DNA from: the human T2T-CHM13v2.0 reference genome, Homo sapiens
Length of the DNA stretch: 64,000 bases
NCBI RefSeq assembly: GCF_009914755.1
Contig: NC_060925.1
Reading direction: 5' to 3' (one strand)
The notes below the pieces were generated by a model that was not told the DNA's origin, did not search any database, and saw only the letters and a list, made by a program, of their open reading frames with translations. This document shows, in pieces, positions 28,001 to 43,000 of the stretch (the stretch's first letter is position 1; each line of letters starts with the position of its first letter). The position numbers and the translations under genes were made by a program.

Positions 28001-31000
28001 AACAATCATCGAATGGACTCAAATGGAATTATCCTCCAATGGAATCGAATGGAATTATCGAATGCAATCGAATGGAATTATCGAATGCAATCGAATAGAA
28101 TCATCGAATGGACTCGAATGGAATCATCGAATGGAATGGAATGGAACAGTCAATGAACTCGAATGGAATCATCATTGAATGGAATCGAATGGAATCATCG
28201 AGTGGAATCGAATGGAATTATGATCAAATGGAATCGAATGTAGTCATCATCAAATGGAATCAAAAATAACCATCATCAATTGGTATTGAATGGAATTCTC
28301 ATCAAATGGAATTCAAAGGAATCATCATCAAATGGAACTGAATGGAATCCTCATTGAATGGAAATGAAAGGGGTCATCATCTAATGGAATCGCATGGAAT
28401 CATCATCAAATGGAATCGAATGGAATCATCATCAAATGGAATCTGATGGAATCATTGAACAGAATTGAATGGAATCGTCATCGAATGAATTGAATGCAAT
28501 CATCGAATGGTCTCGAATGTAATCACATTCTAATGGAAAGGAATGGAATCATCGCATAGAATAGAATGGAATTAATATTGAATGGACTCGAATGGAATCA
28601 ACATCAAACGGAATCAAGCGGAATTATCGAATGGAATCGAAAAGAATCATCGAATGGTCTCGAATGGAATCATCTTCTAATGGAAAGTAATGGAATCATC
28701 GCATAGAATCGAATGGAATTAACATTGAATGGACTCGAATGGAATCAACATCAAATGGAATCAAGCGGAATTATCGAATGAAATCGAAGTGAATCATCGA
28801 ATGGACTCGAATGGAATCATCTAATGGAATGGAATGGAATAATCCACGGACTCGAATGCAATAATCATCGTTTAGAATCGAATGGAATCATCGAAAGGAC
28901 TCGAATGGAATAACCATTGAACGGAATCGAATGGAATCATCATCGGATGGAAACGAATGGAATCATCATCGAATGGAAATGAAAGGAGTCATCATCTAAT
29001 GGAATTGCATGGAATCATCATAAAATGGAATCGAATGGAATCATCATCAAATGGAATCAAATGGAATCATTGAACGGAATTGAATGGAATCGTCATCGAA
29101 TGAATTGAATGCAATCATCGAATGGTCTCGAATGGAATCATCTTCAAATGGAATGGAATGGAATCATCGCATAGAATCGAATGGAATTATCATCGAATGG
29201 AATCGAATGGTATCAACATCAAACGGAAAAAAACGGAATTATCGAATGGAATCGAAGAGAATCTTCGAACGGACCCGAATGGAATCATCTAATGGAATGG
29301 AATGGAATAATCCATGGACTCGAAAGCAATCATCATCGAATGGAATCGAATGGAATCATTGAAAGGACTCGAATGGAATAATCATTGAACGGAATCGAAT
29401 GGAATCATCATCGGATGGAAATGAATGGAATCATCATCGAATGGAATCGAATAGAATTATGGAATGAAATCCAGTGTGATCATCATCGAATGGACCCGAA
29501 TGGAATTATCATCCAACGGAAGCTAATGGAATCAACATCGAATGAATCGAATGGAAACACCATCGAATTGAAACGAATGGAATTACCATGAAATTGAAAT
29601 GGATGGACTCATCATCGAATGGATTCGAATGGAATCATCGAATAAAATTGATTGAAATCATCATCGAATGGAATCGAATGGTATCATTGAATGGAATCGA
29701 ATGGAATCATCATCAGATGGAAATGAATGGAATCGTCATAGAATGGAATCGAATGGATTCATTGAATGGAATCAGATGGAATCATCGAATGGACTGGAAT
29801 GGAATCATTGAATGGACTCGAAAGGGATCATTATTGAATGGAATTGAATGGAATCATCAAATGGTCTCGATTGGAATCATTATCAAATGGAATCGAATGG
29901 AATCACCGAATAGAATCGAATGGAACAATCATCGAATGGACTCAAATGGAATTATCCTCAAATGGAATCGAATGGAATTATCGAATGCAATCGAATGGAA
30001 TTATCGAATGCAATCGAATAGAATCATCGAATGGACTCGAATGGAATCATCGAATGGAATGGAATGGAACAGTAAATGAACTCGAATGGAATCATTATTG
30101 AATGGAATCGAATGGAATCATCGAGTGGAATCGAATGGAATTATGATCAAATGGAATCGAATGTAATCATCATCAAATGGAATCAAAAATAACCATCATC
30201 AATTGGTATTGAATAGAATTGTCATCAAATGGAATTTAAGGGAATCATCATCAAATGGAACCGAATGGAATCCTCATTGAATGGAAATGAAAGGGGTCAT
30301 CATCTAATGGAATCGCATGGAATCATCATCAAATGGAATCGAATGGAATCATCATCAAATGGAATCTAATGGAATCATTGAAAGAATTGAATGGAATCAT
30401 CATCGAATGAATTGAATGCAATCATCGAATGGTCTCGAATGGAATCATCTTCTAATGGAAAGGAATGGAATCATCGCATAGAATCGAATGGAATTATCAT
30501 CGAATGGAATCGAATGGTATCAACATCAAACGGAAAAAAACGGAATTATCGAATGGAATCGAAGAGAATCTTCGAACGGACCCGAATGGAATCATCTAAT
30601 GGAATGGAATGGAATAATCCACGGACTCGAATGCAATCATCATCGTATAGAATCGAATGGAATCATCGAAAGGACTCGAATGGAATAACCATTGAACGGA
30701 ATCGAATTGAATCATCATCGGATGGAATCGAATGGAATCATCATCGAATGGAAATGAAAGGAGTCATCATCTAATGGAATTGCATGGAATCATCATAAAA
30801 TGGAATCGAATGGAATCATCATCAAATGGAATCAAATGGAATCATTGAACGGAATTGAATGGAATCGTCATCGAATGAATTGAATGCAATCATCGAATGG
30901 TCTCGAATGGAATCATCTTCAAATGGAATGGAATGGAATCATCGCATAGAATCGAATGAAATTATCATCGAATGGAATCGAATGGTATCAACATCAAACG

Positions 31001-34000
31001 GAAAAAAACGGAATTATCGAATGGAATCGAAGAGAATCTTCGAACGGACCCGAATGGAATCATCTAATGGAATGGAATGGAATAATCCATGGACTCGAAT
31101 GCAATCATCATCGAATGGAATCGAATGGAATCATTGAAAGGACTCGAATGGAATAATCATTGAACGGAATCGAATGGAATCATCATCGGATGGAAATGAA
31201 TGGAATCATCATCGAATGGAATCGAATAGAATTATGGAATGAAATCCAGTGTGATCATCATCGAATGGACCCGAATGGAATCATCATCCAACGGAAGCTA
31301 ATGGAATCAACATCGAATGAATCGAAAGGAAACACCATCGAATTGAAACGAATGGAATTATCATGAAATTGAAATGGATGGACTCATCATCAAATGGATT
31401 CGAATGGAATCATCGAATAAAATTGATTGAAATCATCATCGAATGGAATCGAATGGTATCATTGAATGGAATCGAATGGAATCATCATCTGATGGAAATG
31501 AATGGAATCGTCATAGAATGGAATCGAATGGATTCATTGAATGGAATCAGATGGAATCATCGAATGGACTGGAATGGAATCATTGAATGGACTCGAAAGG
31601 GATCATTATTGAATGGAATTGAATGGAATCATCGAATGGTCTCGATTGGAATCATTATCAAATGGAATCGAATGGAATCACCGAATAGAATCGAATGGAA
31701 CAATCATCGAATGGACTCAAATGGAATTATCCTCAAATGGAATCGAATGGAATTATCGAATGCAATCGAATGGAATTATCGAATGCAATCGAATAGAATC
31801 ATCGAATGGACTCGAATGGAATCATCGAATGGAATGGAATGGAACAGTCAATGAACTCGAATGGAATCATCATTGAATGGAATCGAATGGAATCATCGAG
31901 TGGAATCGAATGGAATTATGATCAAATGGAATCGAATGTAATCATCATCAAATGGAATCAAAAATAACCATCATCAATTGGTATTGAATGGAATTCTCAT
32001 CAAATGGAATTCAAAGGAATCATCATCAAATGGAACCGAATGGAATCCTCATTGAATGGAAATGAAAGGGGTCATCATCTAATGGAATCGCATGGAATCA
32101 TCATCAAATGGAATCGAATGGAATCATCATCAAATGGAATCTAATGGAATCATTGAAAAGAATTGAATGGAATCATCATCGAATGAATTGAATGCAATCA
32201 TCGAATGGTCTCGAATGGAATCATCTTCTAATGGAAAGGAATGGAATCATCGCATAGAATCGAATGGAATTATCATCGAATGGAATCGAATGGTATCAAC
32301 ACCAAACGGAAAAAAACGGAATTATCGAATGGAATCGAAGAGAATCTTCGAACGGACCCGAATGGAATCATCTAATGGAATGGAATGGAATAATCCACGG
32401 ACTCGAATGCAATCATCATCGTATAGAATCGAATGGAATCATCGAAAGGACTCGAATGGAATAACCATTCAACGGAATCGAATGGAATCATCATCGGATG
32501 GAAACGAATGGAATCATCATCGAATGGAAATGAAAGGAGTCATCATCTAATGGAATTGCATGGAATCATCATAAAATGGAATCGAATGGAATCATCATCA
32601 AATGGAATCAAATGGAATCATTGAACGGAATTGAATGGAATCGTCATCGAATGAATTGAATGGAATCATCGAATGGTCTCGAATGGAATCATCTTCAAAT
32701 GGAATGGAATGGAATCATCGCATAGAATCGAATGGAATTATCATCGAATGGAATCGAATGGTATCAACATCAAACGGAAAAAAACGGAATTATCGAATGG
32801 AATCGAAGAGAATCTTCGAACGGACCCGAATGGAATCATCTAATGGAATGGAATGGAATAATCCATGGACTCGAATGCAATCATCATCGAATGGAATCGA
32901 ATGGAATCATTGAAAGGACTCGAATGGAATAATCATTGAACGGAATCGAATGGAATCATCATCGGATGGAAATGAATGGAATCATCATCGAATGGAATCG
33001 AATAGAATTATGGAATGAAATCCAGTGTGATCATCATCGAATGGACCCGAATGGAATCATCATCCAACGGAAGCTAATGGAAACAACATCGAATGAATCG
33101 AATGGAAACACCATCGAATTGAAACGAATGGAATTATCATGAAATTGAAATGGATGGACTCATCATCGAATGGATTCGAATGGAATCATCGAATAAAATT
33201 GATTGAAATCATCATCGAATGGAATCGAATGGTATCATTGAATGGAATCGAATGGAATCATCATGAGATGGAAATGAATGGAATCGTCATAGAATGGAAT
33301 CGAATGGATTCACTGAATGGAATCAGATGGAATCATCGAATGGACTGGAATGGAATCATTGAATGGACTCGAAAGGGATCATTATTGAATGGAATTGAAT
33401 GGAATCATCGAATGGTCTCGATTGGAATCATTATCAAATGGAATCGAATGGAATCATCGAATAGAATCGAATGGAACAATCATCGAATGGACTCCAATGG
33501 AATTATCCTCAAATGGAATCGAATGGAAATATCGAATGCAATCGAATGGAATTATCGAATGCAATCGAATAGAATCATCGAATGGACTCGAATGGAATCA
33601 TCGAATGGAATGGAATGGAACAGTCAATGAACTCGAATGGAATCATCATTGAATGGAATCGAATGGAATCATCGAGTGGAATCGAATGGAATTATGATCA
33701 AATGGAATCGAAGGTAATCATCATCAAATGGAATCAAAAATAACCATCATCAATTGGTATTGAATGGAAATGTCATCAAATGGAATTCAAAGGAATCATC
33801 ATCAAATGGAACTGAATGGAATCCTCATTGAATGGAAATGAAAGGGGTCATCATCTAATGGAATCGCATGGAATCATCATCAAATGGAATCGAATGGAAT
33901 CATCATCAAATGGAATCTAATGGAATCATTGAAAGAATTGAATGGAATCATCATCGAATGAATTGAATGCAATCATCGAATGGTCTCGAATGGAATCATC

Positions 34001-37000
34001 TTCTAATGGAAAGGAATGGAATCATCGCATAGAATCGAATGGAATTATCATCGAATGGAATCGAATGGTATCAACACCAAACGGAAAAAAACGGAATTAT
34101 GGAATGGAATCGAAGAGAATCTTCGAACGGACCCGAATGGAATCATCTAATGGAATGGAATGGAATAATCCATGGACACGAATGCAATCATCATCGAATG
34201 GAATCGAATGGAATCATCGAATGGACTCGAATGGAGTAATCATTGAACGGAATCGAATGGAATCATCATCGCATGGAAACGAATGGAATCATCATCGAAT
34301 GGAAATGAAAGGAGTCATCATCTAATGGAATTGCATGGAATCATCATCAAATGGAATCGAATGGAATCAACATCAAATGGAATCAAATGGAATCATTGAA
34401 CGGAATTGAATGGAATCGTCATCGAATGAATTGAATGCAATCATCGAATGGTCTCGAATGGAATCATCTTCAAATGGAATGGAATGGAATCATCGCATAG
34501 AATCGAATGGAATTATCATCGAATGGAATCGAATGGAATCAACATCAAACGGAAAAAAACGGAATTATCGAATGGAATCGAAGAGAATCATCGAATGGAC
34601 CCGAATGGAATCATCTAATGGAATGGAATGGAATAATCCATGGACTCGAATGCAATCATCATCGAATGGAATCGAATGGAATCATCGAATGGACTCGAAT
34701 GGAATAATCATTGAACGGAATCGAATGGAATCATCATCGGATGGAAATGAATGGAATCATCATCGAATGGAATCGAATAGAATTATGGAATGAAATCCAG
34801 TGTGATCATCATCGAATGGACCCGAATGGAATCATCATCCAACGGAAGCTAATGGAATCAACATCGAATGAATCAAATGGAAACACCATCGAATTGAAAC
34901 GAATGGAATTACCATGAAATTCAAATGGATGGACTCATCATCAAATGGATTCGAGTGGAATCATCAAATAAAATTGATTGAAATCATCATCGAATGGAAT
35001 CGAATGGTATCATTGAATGGAATCGAATGGAATCATCATCAGATGGAAATGAAAGGAATCGTCATAGAATGGAATCGAATGGATTCATTGAATGGAATCA
35101 GATGGAATCATCGAATGGACTGGAATGGAATCATTGAATGGACTCGAAAGGGATCATTATTGAATGGAATTGAATGGAATCATCGAATGGTCTCGATTGG
35201 AATCATTATCAAATGGAATCGAATGGAATCACCGAATAGAATCGAATGGAACAATCATCGAATGGACTCAAATGGAATTATCCTCAAATGGAATCGAATG
35301 GAATTATCGAATGCAATCGAATGGAATTATCGAATGCAATCGAATAGAATCAACGAATGGACTCGAATGGAATCATCGAATGGAATGGAATGGAACAGTC
35401 AATGAACTCGAATGGAATCATCATTGAATGGAATCGAATGGAATCATCGAGTGGAATCTAAAGGAATTATGACCAAATGGAATCGAAAGTAATCATCATC
35501 AAATGGAATCAAAAATAAACATCATCAATTGGTATTGAATGGAATTGTCATCAAATGGAATTCAAAGGAATCATCATCAAATGGAACCGAATGGAATCCT
35601 CATTGAATGGAAATGAAAGGGGTCATCATCTAATGGAATCGCATGGAATCATCATCAAATGGAATCGAATGGAATCATCATCAAATGGAATCTAATGGAA
35701 TCATTGAAAAGAATTGAATGGAATAGTCATCGAATGAATTGAATGCAATCATCGAATGGTCTCGAATGGAATCATCTTCTAATGGAAAGGAATGGAATCA
35801 TCGCATAGAATCGAATGGAATTATCATCGAATGGAATCGAATGATATCAACACCAAACGGAAAATAACGGAATTATCGAATGGAATCGAAGAGAATCTTC
35901 GAACGGACCCGAATGGAATCATCTAATGGAATGGAATGGAATAATCCATGGACTCGAATGCAATCATCATCGAATGGAATCGAATGGAATCATCGAATGG
36001 ACTCGAATGGAATAATCATTGAACGGAATCGAATGGAATCATCATCGGATGGAAACGAATGGAATCATCATCGAATGGAAATGAAAGGAGTCATCATCTA
36101 ATGGAATTGCATGGAATCATCATCAAATGGAATCGAATGGAATCAACATCAAATGGAATCAAATGGAATCATTGAACGGAATTGAATGGAATCGTCATCG
36201 AATGAATTGAATGCAATCATCGAATGGTCTCAAATGGAATCATCTTCAAATGGAATGGAATGGAATCATCGCATAGAATCGAATGGAATTATCATCGAAT
36301 GGAATCGAATGGAATCAACATCAAACGGAAAAAAACGGAATTATCGAATGGAATCGAAGAGAATCATCGAATGGACCCGAATGGAATCATCTAATGGAAT
36401 GGAATGGAATAATCCATGGACTCGAATGCAATCATCATCGAATGGAATCGAATGGAATCATCGAATGGACTCGAATGGAATAATCATTGAACGGAATCGA
36501 ATGGAATCATCATCGGATGGAAATGAATGGAATCATCATCGAATGGAATCGAATAGAATTATGGAATGAAATTCAGGGTGATCATCATCGAATGGACCCG
36601 AATGGAATCATCATCCAACGGAAGCTAATGGAATCAACATCGAATGAATCGAATGGAAACACCATCGAATTGAAACGAATGGAATTACCATGAAATTGAA
36701 ATGGATGGACTCATCATCGAATGGATTCGAATGGAATCATCGAATAAAATTGTTTGAAATCATCATCGAATGGTATCGAATGGTATCATTGAATGGAATC
36801 GAATGGAATCATCCTCAGATGGAAATGAATGGAATCGTCATAGAATGGAATCGAATGGATTCATTGAATGGAATCAGATGGAATCAACGAATGGACTGGA
36901 ATGGAATCATTGAATGGACTCGAAAGGGATCATTATTGAATGGAATTGAATGGAATCATCGAATGGTCCCGATTGGAATCATTATCAAATGGAATCGAAT

Positions 37001-40000
37001 GGAATCACCGAATAGAATCGAATGGAACAATCATCGAATGGACTCAAATGGAATTATCCTCAAATGGAATCGAATGGAATTATCGAATGCAATCGAATGG
37101 AATTATCGAATGCAATCGAATAGAATCATCGAATGGACTCGAATGGAATCATCGAATGGAATGGAATGGAACAGTCAATGAACTCGAATGGAATCATCAT
37201 TGAATGGAATCGAATGGAATCATCGAGTGGAATCGAATGGAATTATGATCAAATGGAATCGAATGTAATCATCATCAAATGGAATCAAAAATAACCATCA
37301 TCAATTGGTATTGAATGGAATTCTCATCAAATGGAATTCAAAGGAATCATCATCAAATGGAACTGAATGGAATCCTCATTGAATGGAAATGAAAGGGGTC
37401 ATCATCTAATGGAATCGCATGGAATCATCATCAAATGGAATCGAATGGAATCATCATCAAATGGAATCTGATGGAATCATTGAACAGAATTGAATGGAAT
37501 CGTCATCGAATGAATTGAATGCAATCATCAAATGGTCTCGAATGTAATCACATTCTAATGGAAAGGAATGGAATCATCGCATAGAATAGAATGGAATTAA
37601 CATTGAATGGACTCGAATGGAATCTACATCAAACGGAATCAAGCGGAATTATTGAATGGAATCGAAGAGAATCATCGAATGGTCTCGAATGGAATCATCT
37701 TCTAATGGAAAGGAATGGAATCATCTCATAGAATCGAATGGAATTAACATTGAATGGACTCGAATGGAATCAACATCAAATGGAATCAAGCGGAATTATC
37801 GAATGAAATCGAAGAGAATCATCGAATGGACTCGAATGGAATCATCTAATGGAATGGAATGGAATAATCCACGGACTCGAATGCAATCATCATCGTATAG
37901 AATCGAATGGAATCATCGAAAGGACTCGAATGGAATAACCATTGAACGGAATCGAATGGAATCATCATCGGATGGAAACGAATGGAATCATCATCGAATG
38001 GAAATGAAAGGAGTCATCATCTAATGGAATTGCATGGAATCATCATAAAATGGAATCGAATGGAATCATCATCAAATGGAATCAAATGGAATCATTGAAC
38101 GGAATTGAATGGAATCGTCATCGAATGAATTGAATGCAATCATCAAATGGTCTCGAATGGAATCATCTTCAAATGGAATGGAATGGAATCATCGCATAGA
38201 ATCGAATGGAATTATCATCAAATGGAATCGAATGGTATCAACATCAAACGGAAAAAAACGGAATTATCGAATGGAATCGAAGAGAATCTTCGAACGGACC
38301 CGAATGGAATCATCTAATGGAATGGAATGGAATAATCCATGGACTCGAATGCAATCATCATCGAATGGAATCGAATGGAATCATTGAATGGACTCGAATG
38401 GAATAATCATTGAACGGAATCGAATGGAATCATCATCGGATGGAAACGAATGGAATCATCATCGAATGGAATCGAATAGAATTATGGAATGAAATCCAGT
38501 GTGATCATCATCGAATGGACCCGAATGGAATCATCATCCAACGGAAGCTAATGGAATCAACATCGAATGAATCGAAAGGAAACACCATCGAATTGAAACG
38601 AATGGAATTATCATGAAATTGAAATGGATGGACTCATCATCGAATGGATTCGAATGGAATCATCGAATAAAATTGATTGAAATCATCATCGAATGGAATC
38701 GAATGGTATCATTGAATGGAATCGAATGGAATCATCATCAGATGGAAATGAATGGAATCGTCATAGAATGGAATCGGATGGATTCATTGAATGGAATCAG
38801 ATGGAATCATCGAATGGACTGGAATGGAATCATTGAATGGACTCGAAAGGGATCATTATTGAATGGAATTGAATGGAATCATCGAATGGTCTCGATTGGA
38901 ATCATTATCAAATGGAATCGAATGGAATCACCGAATAGAATCGAATGGAACAATCATCGAATGGACTCAAATGGAATTATCCTCAAATGGAATCGAATGG
39001 AATTATCGAATGCAATCGAATGGAATTATCGAATGCAATCGAATAGAATCATCGAATGGACTCGAATGGAATCATCGAATGGAATGGAATGGAACAGTCA
39101 ATGAACTCGAATGGAATCATCATTGAATGGAATCGAATGGAATCATCGAGTGGAATCGAATGGAATTAAGATCAAATGGAATCGAATGTAATCATCATCA
39201 AATGGAATCAAAAATAACCATCATCAATTGGTATTGAATGGAATTGTCATCAAATGGAATTCAAAGGAATCATCATCAAATGGAACCGAATGGAATCCTC
39301 GTTGAATGGAAATGAAAGGGGTCATCATCTAATGGAATCGCATGGAAACATCATAAAATGGAATCGAATGGAATCAACATCAAATGGAATCAAATGGAAT
39401 CATTGAACGGAATTGAATGGAATGGTCATCGAAAGAATTGAATGCAATCATCGAATGGTCTCGAATGGAATCATCTTCAAATGGAATGGAATTGAATCAT
39501 CGCATAGAATCGAAAGGAATTATCATCGAATGGAATCGAATGGAATCAACACCAAACGGAAAAAAACGGAATTATCGAATGGAATCGAAGAGAATCATCG
39601 AATGGACCCGAATGGAATCATCTAATGGAATGGAATGGAATAATCCATGGACTCGAATGCAATCATCATCGAATGGAATCGAATGGAATCATCGAATGGA
39701 CTCGAATGGAATAATCATTGAACGGAATCGAATGGAATCATCATCGGATGGAAACGAATGGAATCATCATCGAATGGAATCGAATAGAATTATGGAATGA
39801 AATCCAGTGTGATCATCATCGAATGGACCCGAATGGAATCATCATCCAACGGAAGCTAATGGAATCAACATCGAATGAATCAAATGGAAACACCATCGAA
39901 TTGAAACGAATGGAATTACCACGAAATTGAAATGGATGGACTCATCATCAAATGGATTCGAATGGAATCATCGAATAAAATTGATTGAAATCATCATCGA

Positions 40001-43000
40001 ATGGAATCGAATGGTATCATTGAATGGAATCGAATGGAATCATCATCAGATGGAAATGAATGGAATCGTCATAGAATGGAATCGAATGGATTCATTGAAT
40101 GGAATCAGATGGAATCATCGAATGGACTGGAATGGAATCATTGAATGGACTCGAAAGGGATCATGATTGAATGGAATTGAATGGAATCATGGAATGGTCT
40201 CGATTGGAATCATTATCAAATGGAATCGAATGGAATCACCGAATAGAATCGAATGGAACAATCATCGAATGGACTCAAATGGAATTATCCTCAAATGGAA
40301 TCGAATGGAATTATCGAATGCAATCGAATGGAATTATCGAATGCAATCGAATAGAATCATCGAATGGACTCGAATGGAATCATCGAATGGAATGGAATGG
40401 AACAGTCAATGAACTCGAATGGAATCATCATTGAATGGAATCGAATGGAATCATCGAGTGGAATCGAATGGAATTATGATCAAATGGAATCGAATGTAAT
40501 CATCATCAAATGGAATCAAAAATAACCATCATCAATTGGTATTGAATGGAATTGTCATCAAATGGAATTCAAAGGAATCATCATCAAATGGAACCGAATG
40601 GAATCCTCATTGAATGGAAATGAAAGGGGTCATCATCTAATGGAATCGCATGGAATCATCATCAAATGGAATCGAATGGAATCATCATCAAATGGAATCT
40701 AATGGAATCATTGAAAAGAATTGAATGGAATCATCATCGAATGAATTGAATGCAATCATCGAATGGTCTCGAATGGAATCATCTTCTAATGGAAAGGAAT
40801 GGAATCATCGCATAGAATCGAATGGAATTATCATCGAATGGAATCGAATGGTATCAACACCAAACGGAAAAAAACGGAATTATCGAATGGAATCGAAGAG
40901 AATCAACGAACGGACCCGAATGGAATCATCTAATGGAACGGAATGGAATAATCCATGGACTCGAATGCAATCATCATCGAATGGAATCGAATGGAATCAT
41001 CGAATGGACTCGAATGGAATAATCATTGAACGGAATCGAATGGAATCATCATCGGATGGAAACGAATGGAATCATCATCGAATGGAAATGAAAGGAGTCA
41101 TCATCTAATGGAATTGCATGGAATCATCATAAAATGGAATCGAATGGAATCAACATCAAATGGAATCAAATGGAATCATTGAACGGAATTGAATGGAATC
41201 GTCATCGAATGAATTGAATGCAATCATCGAATGGTCTCGAATGGAATCATCTTCAAATGGAATGGAATGGAATCATCGCATAGAATCGAATGGAATTATC
41301 ATCGAATGGAATCGAATGGAATCAACATCAAACGGAAAAAAACGGAATTATCGAATGGAATCGAAGAGAATCATCGAATGGACCCGAATGGAATCATCTA
41401 ATGGAATGGAATGGAATAATCCATGGACTCGAATGCAATCATCATCGAATGGAATCGAATGGAATCATCGAATGGACTCGAATGGAATAATCATTGAACG
41501 GAATCGAATGGAATCATCATCGGATGGAAATGAATGGAATCATCATCGAATGGAATCGAATAGAATTATGGAATGAAATCCAGTGTGATCATCATCGAAT
41601 GGACCCGAATGGAATCATCATCCAACGGAAGCTAATGGAATCAACATCGAATGAATCAAATGGAAACACCATCGAATTGAAACGAATGGAATTACCATGA
41701 AATTGAAATGGATGGACTCATCATCAAATGGATTCGAGTGGAATCATCGAATAAAATTGATTGAAATCATCATCGAATGGAATCGAATGGTATCATTGAA
41801 TGGAATCGAATGGAATCATCATCAGATGGAAATGAAAGGAATCGTCATAGAATGGAATCGAATGGATTCATTGAATGGAATCAGATGGAATCATTGAATG
41901 GACTGGAATGGAATCATTGAATGGACTCGAAAGGGATCATGATTGAATGGAATTGAATGGAAACATCGAATGGTCTCGATTGGAATCATTATCAAATGGA
42001 ATCGAATGGAATCACCGAATAGAATCGAATGGAACAATCATCGAATGGACTCAAATGGAATTATCCTCAAATGGAATCGAATGGAATTATCGAATGCAAT
42101 CGAATAGAATCATCGAATGGACTCGAATGGAATCATCGAATGGAATGGAATGGAACAGTCAATGAACTCGAATGGAATCATCATTGAATGGAATCGAATG
42201 GAATCATCGAGTGGAATCGAATGTAATCATCATCAAATGGAATCAAAAATAACCATCATCAAATGGAATCAAAAATAACCATCATCAATTGGTATTGAAT
42301 GGAATTCTCATAAAATGGAATTCAAAGGAATCATCATCAAATGGAACCGAATGGAATCCTCATTGAATGGAAATGAAAGGGGTCATCATGTAATGGAATC
42401 GCATGGAATCATCATAAAATGGAATCGAAGGGAATCAACATCAAATGGAATCAAATGGAATCATTGAACGGAATTGAATGGAATGGTCATCGAAAGAATT
42501 GAATGCAATCATCGAATGGTCTCGAATGGAATCATCTTCAAATGGAATGGAATGGAATCATCGCATAGAATCGAAAGGAATTATCATCGAATGGAATCGA
42601 ATGGAATCAACACCAAACGGAAAAAAACGGAATTATCGAATGGAATCGAAGAGAATCATCGAATGGACCCGAATGGAATCATCTAATGGAATGGAATGGA
42701 ATAATCCATGGACACGAATGCAATCATCATCGAATGGAATCGAATGGAATCATCGAATGGACTCGAATGGAATAATCATTGAACGGAATCGAATGGAATC
42801 ATCATCGGATGGAAACGAATGGAATCATCATCGAATGGAATCGAAGAGAATTATGGAATGAAATCCAGTGTGATCATCATCGAATGGACCCGAATGGAAT
42901 CATCATCCAACGGAAGCTAATGGAATCAACATCGAATGAATCAAATGGAAACACCATCGAATTGAAACGAATGGAATTACCATGAAATTGAAATGGATGG

